Assembly: GCF_000315625.1 (NCBI RefSeq)
Contig: NW_005434668.1
Location: 366,938-430,937, forward strand
Reading direction: 5' to 3'
Source of the DNA: Guillardia theta CCMP2712
Taxonomy: Eukaryota; Protista; Cryptophyta
DNA: 64,000 bases
Positions 11,177 to 23,438 of this stretch are shown here, one piece after another; the first letter of the stretch is position 1, and each line of letters begins with the position of its first letter. Under the pieces are notes generated by a model, which was given only the letters and a program-made list of their open reading frames with translations, had not been told where the DNA came from and did no database searches. Both the position numbers and the translations under genes were made by a program.

Positions 11177-11918
11177 ATGAAGGGAAGGCTATCTCTTCTG
11201 CTCCTCCTCGTCTGCCTCTCGTCAGCTGCGGCTGGTAGAAGCAAACTTCTTGGAAGAAACGGCATAGTCGGTTACATCTACTACACCCCCGATGGCACCG
11301 GTCGGCATTGCCCCTCCTCTACCCCACTCCCTTGTTCACGATGGTTGCATGCAGTGCCTTACAGCCAGGAGAGCTTCGACAGAAAGTTCGACAACGACGA
11401 GGACGCGATCTCTGAGATGTGAGGGGAAGGAGACGTGGTCAGTTCGAGGTGCTTACCTCCCTCCTTTCAGCTCCCACGACGTTGACCATCTACGTGCTGC
11501 GGACGCATACCTAGAGTCCATGTTCGCAAGGCGAGGACCGCGCGGGCCTCCTGGTCGTCCTGGACCTCCAGGTTGACCTCGAAGATCTCGGATGACTTCT
11601 GTCCCGTGATCTTCTTTCTCTTCTCTCCTCTCCTCTCCTCCCCGCCTACTTCCTCCGCTTCCTCCTCCACCTCTTCTCGGTCTTCTCCTCCTTTCTCTCC
11701 TCTTCCTCTGCCTCTTCTCTCTCATCGTCATCTTGTCCTTCACTTTCTTACTGACGTCGTTGGCATCAGGACCCCAGGGCTACAACGCAGTGCCGGACGG
11801 GGAGGGTGAACCCGGTCCTCCTGGCCTGCAGGGTCCTCCAGGAGGAGAAGGAAGCCAACAACTAAAGGAGCGGGTGAGGAGGAGAGAGAGCAGGAGGAGT
11901 AGTAGCAGGAGAAGGAGA

Positions 11919-11969
<51 letters not shown>

Positions 11970-12157
11970 GCGAATTTCGCGTTTACTCTACTGTACAGGT
12001 ACTGACAACGAGGGAGAAGGCAGAGGCGCTGAGGTCGAGGATCGACCATGCCAGCGTCATCAGGAAGCGGCTCAAGACGTTCATAGCCGGAAGGAGAGGA
12101 GGGGGAGGGAGAAGTGGAGGAGGAGGAGGAGGAGGAGGAGGAGGAGGAGATGCTTAG
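11177..12157 (+). CDS. small secreted collagen-like (Gly-X-Y) protein, 5 exons
   Basis: Signal peptide MKGRLSLLLLLVCLSSAAA. Four phase-compatible GT-AG introns give GPRGPPGRPGPPGPQG...GEPGPPGLQGPPG, then a helical tail VLTTREKAEALRSRID... and poly-Gly to TAG 12155-12157. Confidence 0.65.
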
Positions 12158-15100
12158 GATTCTTCGTACTGATCCGGCGCTTGTCCGAGGCTGGCGATGG
12201 TGCGGGGGATCGCTATCTCGTACTCCTTTCGTCTTCGGATTTCCAGCAGGTCCACCCGGATGTACCAGGGCCCTCCCTGCCGGAGCTCCAAGACAATGCA
12301 GGAGCGCGTTCGGTCGAAGAGGTGGCAGATGAGCGTCGTAGCGAGGCTGGCTGGGCCCTTGTGGGGGGTACGCAGGGGGTAGGCGAGGTTGACTTGCTGG
12401 GTGTCGAGCTGCAATGAAGATTGGGTGTGAGAAAATTTCGAGGGGGGGAGGAGAGAGGAGGAGAGAGAAGGAGAGAGGAACAGGAGGGGGAGGAAACTAT
12501 TTTACCGTCACGTCGTCAGTCTGCACCTCCTCCTGTGGGGGTTCGTTCGCAGAGGACCACTGCCATCAAGTTCAGTCGCTCGTCCTCCTGCGACTCCTCT
12601 CCCACCTTGAGATCCTCCAGCTCCTCCTCTGACATAAGACACCCAGGGATCCTCCGATAGTTGATAACCTTGAGGTGCTTGTTCAAGTCCTGCACGTCTG
12701 CTCAGTCTCCCTCACCCTCGCATGCTCTTCGCTTCCTCGACTCATGCAGTAGAGGGGCTTACCTTGGCTTGCTGTCCCGACACATGGATCAGCATGTCAA
12801 ACTCATCCTCCAACTTGGAGGGATCGATGGCGAAGTCCTTTAGGTCATCTCGACGGCTTGCCGCGATCTGGTAGCTCTCCAGCTTGCCTTTCTTTTCTTC
12901 AATGCACAGCGTCGCAGCTGAAGCTCCTGCTCCGACGGTCATCAGAGATGGGGAGGACGAGCATGTGCGACTACCAGGGCAGCCCTTGAGATTCTTCCGT
13001 CGATAGAAGGTGAAGTCGTCGTCGAAGTCGAAGTCGAATGCGTGCCTGCGAGAGGGCGGGTCAAGTGAAACTCAGCGAGGTCGGCAGGGTCGCACGTGAT
13101 GATCAGCGCAAACTCGTAAATCCCCGCAGACTCATGCACTGCAATGTCACGGAAGAGCTCCCGGTTGAGGTACGACGGCACTTCCACCATGCGCGCAGCA
13201 CCTTCACTTCCTCCCTCGACTTCCAGGAGGCGGAGGCGAAAGACGTAGACAGGGCGGTCCTGGCTGAAGGAGTCCGAGGCGTAGACCTGGAAGGAGGGGC
13301 TCTTGATCTTGTGCAGGTCTTCCAGCGCAGGATCACAATCGATTTTCTTCAACCTCGCCTCCTTCTTCTCCTGGCGCAGCATCTGAATGCTCTTGGTTGA
13401 GACCTTCTTGTAAAGCCTCTGGACTACAGCAGCAGCCTCCGCTGCATTGCGAGTTCAGGGTCTTCACAACAAGAGCCTCTGAGCGTCCTGCCTCCCCTCC
13501 CCTCCCCTCCCCTCCCGTCCCTCCCCAGACACACTCACACCCCACGTCTCCTCCTGCATACCGTGTGAGTAGGGACCCCTGGCGAGGTAGTCATCTCGCG
13601 CATCTGCCAGGATAGACCCGAGGTGCATCCCCGGCTGTCGTCCACGTGTCAGGGTAGCAGGGGCGTCAGGTGGGAAAGACCTGGATCCCGGTGATCTGCA
13701 TCACGTCGTAGCCGTTGAGAGGCCACTTGAGCGCGGCGACTCGATCTTCTTGCACGATCTTTCTAACGTTGCTCAGCATGACATGAGCCCGGTCGATGTG
13801 CTCCACCTGATTCTCTGAATTACTTTGGGGGGAAGAGGACAGGACAGGACAAGAAAGAACAGGAGGAAACGGAAGGAGAAGAAGCGTTTAGGAGTCTGGG
13901 AAATCGATGCATTTTGGGAGGAGGGAAACATTGGAAACCGCAAAGATAGATGAGAGGCCGCGGCCTTGAGATCCTTACCTGTCGCTTCACACTGAGGGTT
14001 GTGCAATCAGCCAGGTAGAGGTCAAGGAAGTCGTCGAAGAGAGGTCCCTGAAGCACTCTGTGTAAGGAGGGGAGGGAGCGGAGGGAACAAGTACAAGGGC
14101 AGAGTAGAGTCTCCTCGCAGCGTTGGCATTGATCTTCTCGACCTGGCGGATCCTCCCCGACCGAGCCACCAGCGTCGCAACCTGCCCACCCCATCAGCAT
14201 CTCCTCGCAGCAGGTCAAGACCCTCCGCTGACCTCCTTGCGAAAGTCTGGGGGGTACCCGTAGCCCGCCAGGATCTCGTCCACCATCAGCGCGCCGACGT
14301 ACTCGTGATCGCGAAACTGCAGCTTCTCTTCCGAGGGATCCACTGAGACCTGTCACGGTCGTGAGCAGCTACATCGGGCTGGCGTCAGCAGAGACCGTCC
14401 TGGGCTTCCCGATATCATGGAGCAGGGCGGCCCACCGCACTCGGAGGCGGCAGGGAGACTGCTTCACCACCTTGTTGCTGCCAGTCAGCAACAATGGGAG
14501 GAGGAAGGAGGGCAGCAGCCGCCATTACCTGGAACACGTGGTTGATGAGCACCTTGGACCGCAAGAGGAAGTCGATCTGCAGGACAGAGTCGTCAATAGA
14601 CAACAACAGCTGGACAACGGGCGGCACTCACTTGTTCATCCTCCGCCTTGTCAGAGAAAGGATCGCAATACTTGATCCGGATCATCTGCTCCAACCAATC
14701 CAGGTGCGGGTGGACAAACTCGCCGTCTGGTCCCACTTGCAAACTTGCCCGAGCAATCTCGCGAAGCTCTCTTGTCGGGTTGACTGATTTCAAAACCGCA
14801 TCCCAGAACTTGGTATTCTGGACAACAACATCTGTCACACGAAAGCGGCAGACAACGGCAACCAGTAACTTACAAAGGTGGTATTCTCGTCTACTTTGAA
14901 CTTGGACGCTTGTGAAGATCTGCCCCTGAATTCCCTCGGCTTTTGATGATGACCGTTAGACTCTGGCCACAACCAGCCCTGGAAGGGAATCATCCGAGAA
15001 TTGTCTGTCGCCCTCGCTTGCGCCTGATCCAACACGTACTTCAACTGCTTGTCGGTGTATTTTGACTTGTCGATTCCTGAAAACGCCCTGTCGAGGTTAA

Positions 15101-15440
15101 TCTTTCTTTGCACGGGGGTCCGCGGGGGCTGCGCTGAGCTCGCATCCGCCTTCACCCGTTGCTTTTCGAGCGGAACCTCATCATCATCGTCATTGCCATC
15201 GACCAGGTTGTGACTCTGCACGAAAGACTGTGTGCCCCTGCTGTTTCTGATCCCTTGCGCCTTGTTGTTTTTCGGAGCCTCGCGGTCGATTGGCGTGCTT
15301 GGCCTGGAAGTCTCTGCTGCCTTCTCGGGTTTGAGCGATTTTCCGCTCAAGTCTGTTGGGAAGCTGTTCAAGCATCGAGCCTGATTCAATGAGGATCCCA
15401 GAGCTCTCTTTATGAGCCAGCCGGTTCGCGCAAGCTTCAT
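12154..15440 (-). CDS. HD-domain protein matching the C-terminal (HD + tail) half of bacterial CCA tRNA nucleotidyltransferases, with a transit-like N-terminus and an unknown C-terminal extension; many exons
   Basis: Spliced translation: LINHVFQVV...RVRWAALLHDIGKPRT (HDIGKP at 14402-14419)...FRDHEYVGALMVDEILAGYGYP...ARRLYSALGPLFDDFLDLYLADCTT...WPLNGYDVMQITGIQPGMHLG...RGPYSHAEAAAVV. All junctions used in this HD/tail segment are GT-AG. Confidence 0.8.
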
Positions 15441-15644
15441 AGTCTCCTAGCTAACTCACATCGAACACTTGTGACAACAACGGCAACTGCTCGTAGGTTC
15501 CTAGACAGACGGTAGGTGACCTTGGATGGCAGAACTTAAGTGAAGAAGGCAATGGGATCGGAGCCTTATCTCTCTCCTGTTCTGCTTCTCACGTCATGCC
15601 CCAATGCCTGCACGAGCCTTGCACTGCATCATGGAAGCCAATAC

Positions 15645-16100
15645 CCGTGAGGGTATCCGTGAGGGTATCCGTGAGGGTATCCGTGAGTCAGTCGAGGACT
15701 GCCGGGAGCCGGCGGCCCCGCCGGGTCACCGTCACGCTGCCGTGACCGTACCCTGAGTACGGTGCACGGTCTCACCCGCCGGGCCGGTCGGCCCCGCCGG
15801 ACCGAACCGTTGATCTGCCATCAGTGATGATCGGACCGGTGATCGGACCGGACGATCCGGGCGGCGTCCTCAATTCTCAGTGGGCGGCGGTTTTGTGTGC
15901 ATTAAACTCGGTCTTGAGCAAAAACTGTCTTGTTACCAACTAAGGTCGAGGCCGGCCGCCGAACATGACGTGACTCCGACTCCGCGAGTGACCGTCGGGT
16001 GACACCGTGGCTCAGCGGCCGCCCCCGGCCCGGCTTGCGGGCCGCGCGCGGCGGCTCGGGGCGCGCCCGCGGCCGGACGCCGATACCGTTCACCGGCCCT
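15645..16100. repeat. CpG-rich palindromic-word patch, starting with a 12-bp tandem repeat (ccgtgagggtat x~3.5)
   Basis: Words atgatcggaccgg (twice), ccgggccgg, tcagtgggc, gagtca and ccgtac are shared with the other patches. Confidence 0.65.
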
Positions 16101-16226
16101 ACAGTTTGCTTGACCTACTTGTGAGCCTTTGCCGGAAATAGCAGCGTTGCGATAATGGGTGGAGACCATCAGGGTAGCGGCAGCCGGGCAGAGGCTTCAC
16201 GAGTCACTTCATGAGCGATAGCGTTC

Positions 16227-16890
16227 ATGGACGACAGACTACTAAGAGTTAGGCAGAAGAAAACTCATCTCATGGGTTTGCTGAAAGAAAAAGAACCTGA
16301 AGCGTTCACACGCACGCAATGGACCTTATCACCCGTATCATCCTTAATGTTACTGAGTCGTCTTCAGTATCTTGACTATGATGGCATGTATTAGATAGAG
16401 AATAACATCAGCTGTGGCCAGTCAATAGATAGAGAGATGAGAGTTCTGTCGATTGTCAGCCTAGTAGCCGCCAGTTCTCGTGGCACAGATCGTTGTGGAG
16501 GAGCAGGCTGAAAGCAGGGAAGGGGATGGCCGGTTAGAGTGGAGTCGGAACTGATGACGTGTGTACTGTAAGCACACAAGAAATCTTGATCCACTGACAA
16601 ATTTCTACATGTTCTACATGCCTGACGGTTTGATTTGTCTCAGGATGGTTTTCGCTACTCTCACCATGTGGGAGAAGATAATGAATCCTTGGGTGCTCGA
16701 GTGCAACTCGGACAGAACAGACTGTCGGTATTTCTGGAGGAAGAGCCGAACGGCATACATCACGGAGGATCAGACTCTGGGGTCCTTTCTCACGAACGTG
16801 GGAGCATGGAGCAAGGACAGCAAGGAGCAGGAAGATGCCAGCAACAAGCCTGTGTTCGAGGTTGTTGGCAACTATTCCTCTACAGGATAG
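16227..16890 (+). CDS. possible multi-exon hypothetical protein
   Basis: Open frames MDDRLLRVRQKKTHL... and the terminal exon MVFATLTMWEKIMNPWVLECNSDRTDC...*; no family recognised. Confidence 0.35.
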
Positions 16891-17094
16891 TCATCAGCCG
16901 CCCTTGAAACTTTATCGACCTAACAGTGTGCATTTAAACACTCGTCGGCATCATCTACCCACAGCCACTCTGATGATCAAGATTTACTACAACTGATAAT
17001 AGAAGAATTGGCAGCTGCCAACAATACCTCTTCTCCCTTCTTTCAACATATCAAACATTACACGAGGCGTTAGCAGCGGAGCCGGGGGCAACAT

Positions 17095-20000
17095 TCACCC
17101 AACTATCTGTACAGAGTAACCAGCTCGAGTGTTGAGCCGGGAGAGATAGCCGCGCACACTCTCCGTCACCGACCTGCCCTACAGTCACAACGGAACGCGT
17201 AGAGTATTGAAATGTTCCACCTTGCCTTGACCTTCATAGATTTCACGAACCTCACGAACTGATCACTCGCCTTCCCAATCTTGTCGCTCTGATTGAATTT
17301 CTGCGAGCGGGAGCTGCGTCAGGCAGGGAGGGCAAGGCTGGTGCTCACCATGCTGAAGATTGAGGTGGCCTGGGGATATGGCCCCGCCTCCAGGTCCTGA
17401 GTGGTGGCTCGGGACTTCTCGTACGGCAGCGCTCGTGACAGCGGGAACTGATCGCTGAAGCCGCCTGCTCAAGTATGACGGCAACAAGGTCAGGAGGAGC
17501 AGGCGCACCTTGCGGCAGAAGTTTCTTCATGTCCTGCCATTTGCCGGCGACGTTGGAGAGGGTCTTGTTAGCAGCTTCGAAGGTAGTCTTCTTCTTCACG
17601 GCGCTACCACTCCGACGTTGAGTGTTGGCAAGGTTTGATATCCTCTCATATCGCCTCCTCTCTTCTCCGATTAAGATGATCGCCTCCTTCTCCTGCTCCT
17701 CCGTGAAGGATTTGCTCTCGCCGTCGAGGATCGCAAAAAGCTCGAATCTCTTGCCGAAAACCTGACATGGCATGTCAGACATTTTTCTGTCTGCCTGCGA
17801 TTGTACCTGACGAGATATGATGAAAAATAGATTGAGAATGAAGAATCCAAGCATGATCGGCGGCAAAACCTCATCGAAACTGGAGCCAACAAAAGGAACT
17901 CTTCCCATAGCCGAGAAGGTCTTTTCGAAGACTGTCGCCTCGCCTCCAACTTCTCGTTCTTCATGAGCTTCACGCAGCATGTTCAGGTAGTTCTGTGTGA
18001 TGGAGGGGACTATGCGGCAAGCCAGGAAGGCGTTGACGAGTAGACTGTGCGAATCTGTTTCTCCGGGAATCACCTCGTAGAGCTGGAGGGCAGGAAAGTG
18101 AGAGAGGGAGCAATCGTTGAACGGCACTACCTTCCATAGCCTCAGCCTCGTCAGCGAGAAATGACAAATCCTCATAAAGTACAACAGGTGGCAAATGATG
18201 ATCACTTGGACCGAGGGCTCGATCGAGAAAGGATCTTGAGGAGTTGGAGTGGAGTCGGAGGAGCGGCAGCCTGAACCAACGATCAGAGGAAGGGAGAGGG
18301 AGAGGGGGAAGGGAGAGGGAGAGGGAGAGGGGGAAGGGAGAAGATACTCGCATGCTAGTCACTTACTTGGTGGCAACTTCGATGCCCAGCAAACTTGGTG
18401 GAGCAAGAGAGATCCCTGCTGCGGTTCCGAGAAATAATCTCGAATCCATGGGGCAACAGATAGCTCGCTCCACAGCATGCATATAGACAAAAACCCACAG
18501 AGAAGCGAAGAAACTACTTTGACGAACCTGACAACAAACATGTTGTTCAAGAACCACAAAACTTCCAGCCGCCTCGCCCATCTCCCTTGAAAGCTCTTCT
18601 TCACAGGCGATTCCACGCCCCTCCACGCATCCTCCTCTTCCTTCTCTAAGAAAGCATTCCAAAGAGTATGTTGCATCGCTTTCCACGGGAGAAGCGCTTG
18701 ATAAGTTGCGACGACATCTTCTAACAGTATTGCGCTCACAACAGCAAGATCAAATTTTCTTTTTGCGCGACGGTATCGCTTATTCAAGTGGTGCAATTCA
18801 GTCTTGAAGGCAACGAGCCTTTCAGTACTCCATGCAGCTGTCTGGTTCAGATTCGTTTCTTGACTCTCCGTCTCCATGAAATCGTCCTCGTCAAACCTCT
18901 TGTCCATCTCTATCTTAGCGTCGTTTCTCTTCACAATGGCCTCAGCCAGCATCTGCAGGACTTCACCCTCTAGCTCTAGCAAGGGCGCTAAAGATTTCTT
19001 GATGATAGCGATCCTGTCTTCACCTGCAGCCTCTTCCGTGTTCTTGCGCATCCTGGCAATGTCCAAATAGTCCACATCAGCGAGCACTCGGAACTTGGCG
19101 TCATACAGAGTGTCCTGCAGCGACAGGATGTCTGTGCCAAAAGGCAATAGGTTTGCAGAGGACAGCGATTCAATCCACAGGTCGATCTCAGTCATGGCCT
19201 GCCCGTAAGTCCTCTCGCGCTCAACCTGCTCTAGCAGCAGCAAGAACGCCGCCTCCTTGTCCTCCTCTGTGACGGGGAACGACGGGCCGTACACGGGGTC
19301 CATCTTCAGCGCATCCGCCACATCGATAGGAGACTCGTCGATGATCTTGAGGATGGCTGGAGCAAGGTTTCGCAGGGAGGTAGAGGCCAGCCTCCGCAGG
19401 TTGTACAGCACCGTGAGCTTCTTGGCCAGGAGCCTCGCCACTCTGTTGAACTTCACATACTGCAGGAAGGCATCAGAGCGGAAGCGCTTCAGGCTCGGGT
19501 TGATCCGCGCCTCCTGCCACAGGCTGATGGGAAACTCAGCCAGCCCGTAGCCCAGCAAAAGGGCAACCACCATCAGCATGAGCGAGTTACCAACTCCCAT
19601 TAGACCCTGGAAGATGTACCTCCAGTTCTCCCCCGAGATGACAAGGATGACGAACAGCGCAGAGAGAATCGCTGCCACCGTCATGAAGAAGCATCCTTGG
19701 TTGTAGACCGCCTGCCGGGCCCGCAGGAGGAGCGAGAAGTGTTGGGCCTCCACAAAGTGCTGCTGCGTTGTGAGCAGGATCCACCCGTTGAATGCACAGC
19801 CCGTGTACACCGCAGACCACAGGAACTTCAACACGTCGGTCGAGATTCTCAGCGAATCTTCGTCACTGATGTCGGGGTAGAGCAGCTTCCATGACATGAA
19901 GTAACCTGTGTCGCATTCGCGCAGGTCATCCTGGGACACCTGGAGGTTCATACATCGCTGGACGTACACAAGATGTACATCTATGGGCACCAGCGCAACA

Positions 20001-20137
20001 AGGGACAGGACGAGGAAGTAAGAACCCCAAACGCTTGTCATCACATGCCATGGAACTCGATGGGAGGCCAGGCGATTGAGAGCAATCCAGCAAAGGATGC
20101 CAATCAAGACAAATTCGAGAGCTAGCGCCCACCACAT
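17095..20137 (-). CDS. LMBR1-family multi-pass membrane protein (LMBRD2-like)
   Basis: N-terminal TMs with LVALVPIDV, FLWSAVY, and ALLLGYGLAEFPISLW. Long cytoplasmic loop, then LSICMLWSE and SLLVNAFLACRIVPSITQNYLNM...TVFEKTFSAMGRVPFVGSSF. The 3' exon end is approximate. Confidence 0.85.
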
Positions 20138-20314
20138 GTCTACGAGTGAAGAGGCCAGACACAGCGATCACGACCTCCTCTTAAGTCTCCTCCTCTTCCT
20201 CCTCCTCAGAGTCTGACTGGAGATCTTCGTCGTCAGCTCCATCTTCCCTCCTCCTCGTTTGCCATATAGACGAGCTTGTGCTTGTGGTCGTGGGCGTAGG
20301 AATCGAACTGTATT

Positions 20315-20410
20315 CCCCCGTACTCGTGAGTATCCGCAATGATATCCGTACTTTCCGCCGGGCCCGGGCCCGGCGACCGGCTACAGCCCGGGACCTCGGC
20401 AGTACTCATA
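20315..20410. repeat. short copy of the CpG-rich palindromic-word patch family
   Basis: cgtgagtatccg resembles the 15645 tandem unit; ccgccgggcccgggccc resembles 4801. Confidence 0.55.
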
Positions 20411-21334
20411 ACCTTTTTAGACCCCTCAAAGGATGAATAGATGATGGTCATTGGATGGGTAGGGTGGTACGGAAAGGCGACAGGCTGTACCTTCCTACAA
20501 GGATAATGAACCTCTGCCAATCAGGGGTAGTAAAAATTGGAAGGGGAGGGGATCAAATGGCGATACGAGATGGTATGGTGGGTAATTCATTATACCGGTA
20601 TTGATGACTGATTATGACAGGGTCCTTCATCACATTCACAACACCAATTTCAGTCATTCAGTGGGTAGGGTTATCATATGAGGGGTGATTGCGTATCCGC
20701 ATGGGTACTGGTATCCCGAGCTGGTTTCGAGGATTTTCACCGGGTGGGGGTGGCAAATTTTTTTCTCTAGGGTGTATATCTCCTGTCAGAGAATAAAACC
20801 TATTTATGGTGGGGGTACTTTCCGGGAGAAATAAGGGGTATCTTGAGACACCACCCACCCATTTCATTAGTACCCTACCCCTTCGGAATGTCTGTCGAGA
20901 ACTCTGGGGTGATTTTCAAAAAACGGCCAGAGAGGAGGTGGGGGGTGGTAGTTTCTTTCTAGTTGGAGATCGGGTAGTGGGGGTGGGTGTCTTAATTATA
21001 CGAGGTAGGGGTGGCGGGTCAAAGGGTCAGGCAGGGGTTCACTGGCAAACTTGGGGAGATTAAGGGGGTTGTAGTCGAAGGCAGAAGGGGGGGTCATGAA
21101 AGTAGGGTATCTCACAGAAAAAACTGATTCCTGAGTAGGGTGGGGGTAACATTTTCGACAAGTGTGGGGGTAGTGAATGTGTGTAGAGAGGTGGGTGGGG
21201 TCCAAGGGGTGTGTGGTTGATGGTGGGGGTGGTAGATTGGAGGGGCGATGCACATGGAAGAGGAAGGGAAATGGCGATGGGAGGATGAGGACAAGGATGC
21301 GAACGAAGATGTAGTTCGAGATGTTATGCGGTTA

Positions 21335-21382
21335 TGATGAAGATGTGATGAAGATGTGATGAAGATGTGATGAAGATGTGAA
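21335..21382. repeat. 11-bp tandem repeat (gatgaagatgt), ~4 copies
   Basis: Directly visible. Confidence 0.8.
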
Positions 21383-22268
21383 GGTGCATGGAGGCAACTC
21401 ATGACAAAAAGGAATGGGAGGAAGAGCCGTACTGAAGGAGGTGTGAGAAAATGAACGGAAGGAGTAGCCTCAAAGGACAAACAGCTTGCCCCCTCTCTAG
21501 TTCAGCATCAGGTAGAAACAGAACTGATTCCTGCTTAATGGGCCCAGCGGTTTGACAAGTACTCCAGTGGAGATTAGCGGGGAGTAGGTGGAGTTTCGTA
21601 GATCCGAGGGGTACGGAGGGTACCTAAGCAGGGAGGAGAGGATTCCGATAATTCAAGCCTTAGATGAAGGCAAGGTGTATGCAAGCTGTGAAAAGAGGGT
21701 GATAGCAGAGCAGAGAAGAGAAGGTTAATGATGTCTTTACATGAGCGAGAGTTGTAAACGTACAGAACGGTGGCTTGGTGGCCAGATCGTCCTGTGATGT
21801 TGATGTGGTAGAGGCGTGTTGGCGGTCTCTTGATCTGCCTGCCCCCCCCCCAACCCCTCCTGCCCTTCTGATCTAATTCGCTTGGCTGTTCACCTTGTTT
21901 CATATTGAATCGTCATGTTTGCATACACTTTCCTCCTGTCGTAAATGTTTACAGCATGTCATGAGGTTGCTGCCTTTGATGGTTGACCGGAGACTTAGCA
22001 AGTACTCCTCTCGTCCGATCCATATGGAAGAATGCGTATTTCTGTATCAGTAGCTGATTCCCATTGTTTTGTGTTGAACGTGCCTCATCTCGATGCTGGA
22101 GAGTCAGATTGGAAAGATTGACTATACTTAGTTGACAGGTCTTCATCGAAGAAGCATCCGTCTTGTTTTGGGGGATCCTAACAGAGCAGGGGATTTGTGC
22201 AGAAGGGTCGCCCAGGGGGGCCCTGCCACTCCTCTGCGATCTCTCGGCCTCCACAGCCTTGAGGAGCG

Positions 22269-23438
22269 ATGACCAGCGAGACCATCCTTTCCATAGAGCC
22301 TTTCCAAGTGCCGGTGAATCCTGATGGAACGTTCAAGTGTTTTGGTCAAGGGACGAGTGGGACTGTCACGCGGGCCATTGACTCACGGACCGGGAACTAC
22401 ATCGCGCTCAAGGCCATTCCCGTGCAGCTAAGAGAGCAGGATCGGGAGAACGTGATACAGCAGTTGCAGAATTTGTGAGTGCTCATGTTGGTTGGTGTGT
22501 TTGTTGGTTGATGTTGTCGTTGGTCAGGTATTCATGCCAACATCCGTGCGTTACTGAGTTCTTGGGATGCGCGTTCTACCCTGCAAGGAGCTCAATTCTA
22601 ATAGCATGCGAGTACATGGACCTCAAATCGTTCAAAGACATGATGACACTCGGGGGGGCCTTTCCGGAGGAGGTGAATGCCCTTGAAGTTTTCACCTGGC
22701 TGCCAGACTGATTGCGAGCAGGTTGTTGGATACGCCAGCAGCCGGTTGCTAGACGCGCTGGTCTACTTGCATCGCGAAAGGAAAATGATTCACAGAGATA
22801 TTAAGCCCTCAAACTTACTCATGAATTCCAAGGGACAGGTTTCATATCACCGAAGAGAGATGTTATATTGATGACTATCGTGCAGGTCAAGATATGTGAT
22901 TTTGGTATGTCGACTCAGTTGGCAAACACTCTTGATCCTGCCCATACCTGGGTTGGCTCTACTACTTACATGTCTCCAGAAAGGTTTTATCTCATATTGA
23001 TCCTATGTGGACAGAGGGGTGACGATGCTGTTTGTCAGGATATCAGGGTTGCAGTATGTGTGGAATAGCGACATCTGGAGTTTAGGCATCTCATTGGCGG
23101 AAGTCGCCACTGGAACCTTCCCTTACTCGGACCCTGGGAGGCGTTTGGAACTTGTTGAGCTGTTGGACAGAATCGTTGATGAAGACCCTCCCACCCTCCC
23201 GGAGACATTTTCTCCTGAGTTTCGAGATTTTGTATCGCAGATGCTCGTGAAGAGGTAATGCTGACGTCTTTGTTTCCCCTCCCGCTGATGTTGCTGTCGC
23301 TCCGTCAGGGCTGAGCAGAGACCGCACGCTGAGATGTTGATCGGGCATCCGTTCGTCGTCCTCCACGGCAACGCTGACATCTCTCAGTGGTTGCAGCAGG
23401 CAGCCACCGCGATGACGTCACAGTCTCCGTCGACCTAG
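22269..23438 (+). CDS. MAP kinase kinase (STE7/MEK family) with a plant-type activation loop; multi-exon, 5' end uncertain
   Basis: [79 protein letters not shown]; stop TAG 23436-23438. Confidence 0.9.
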
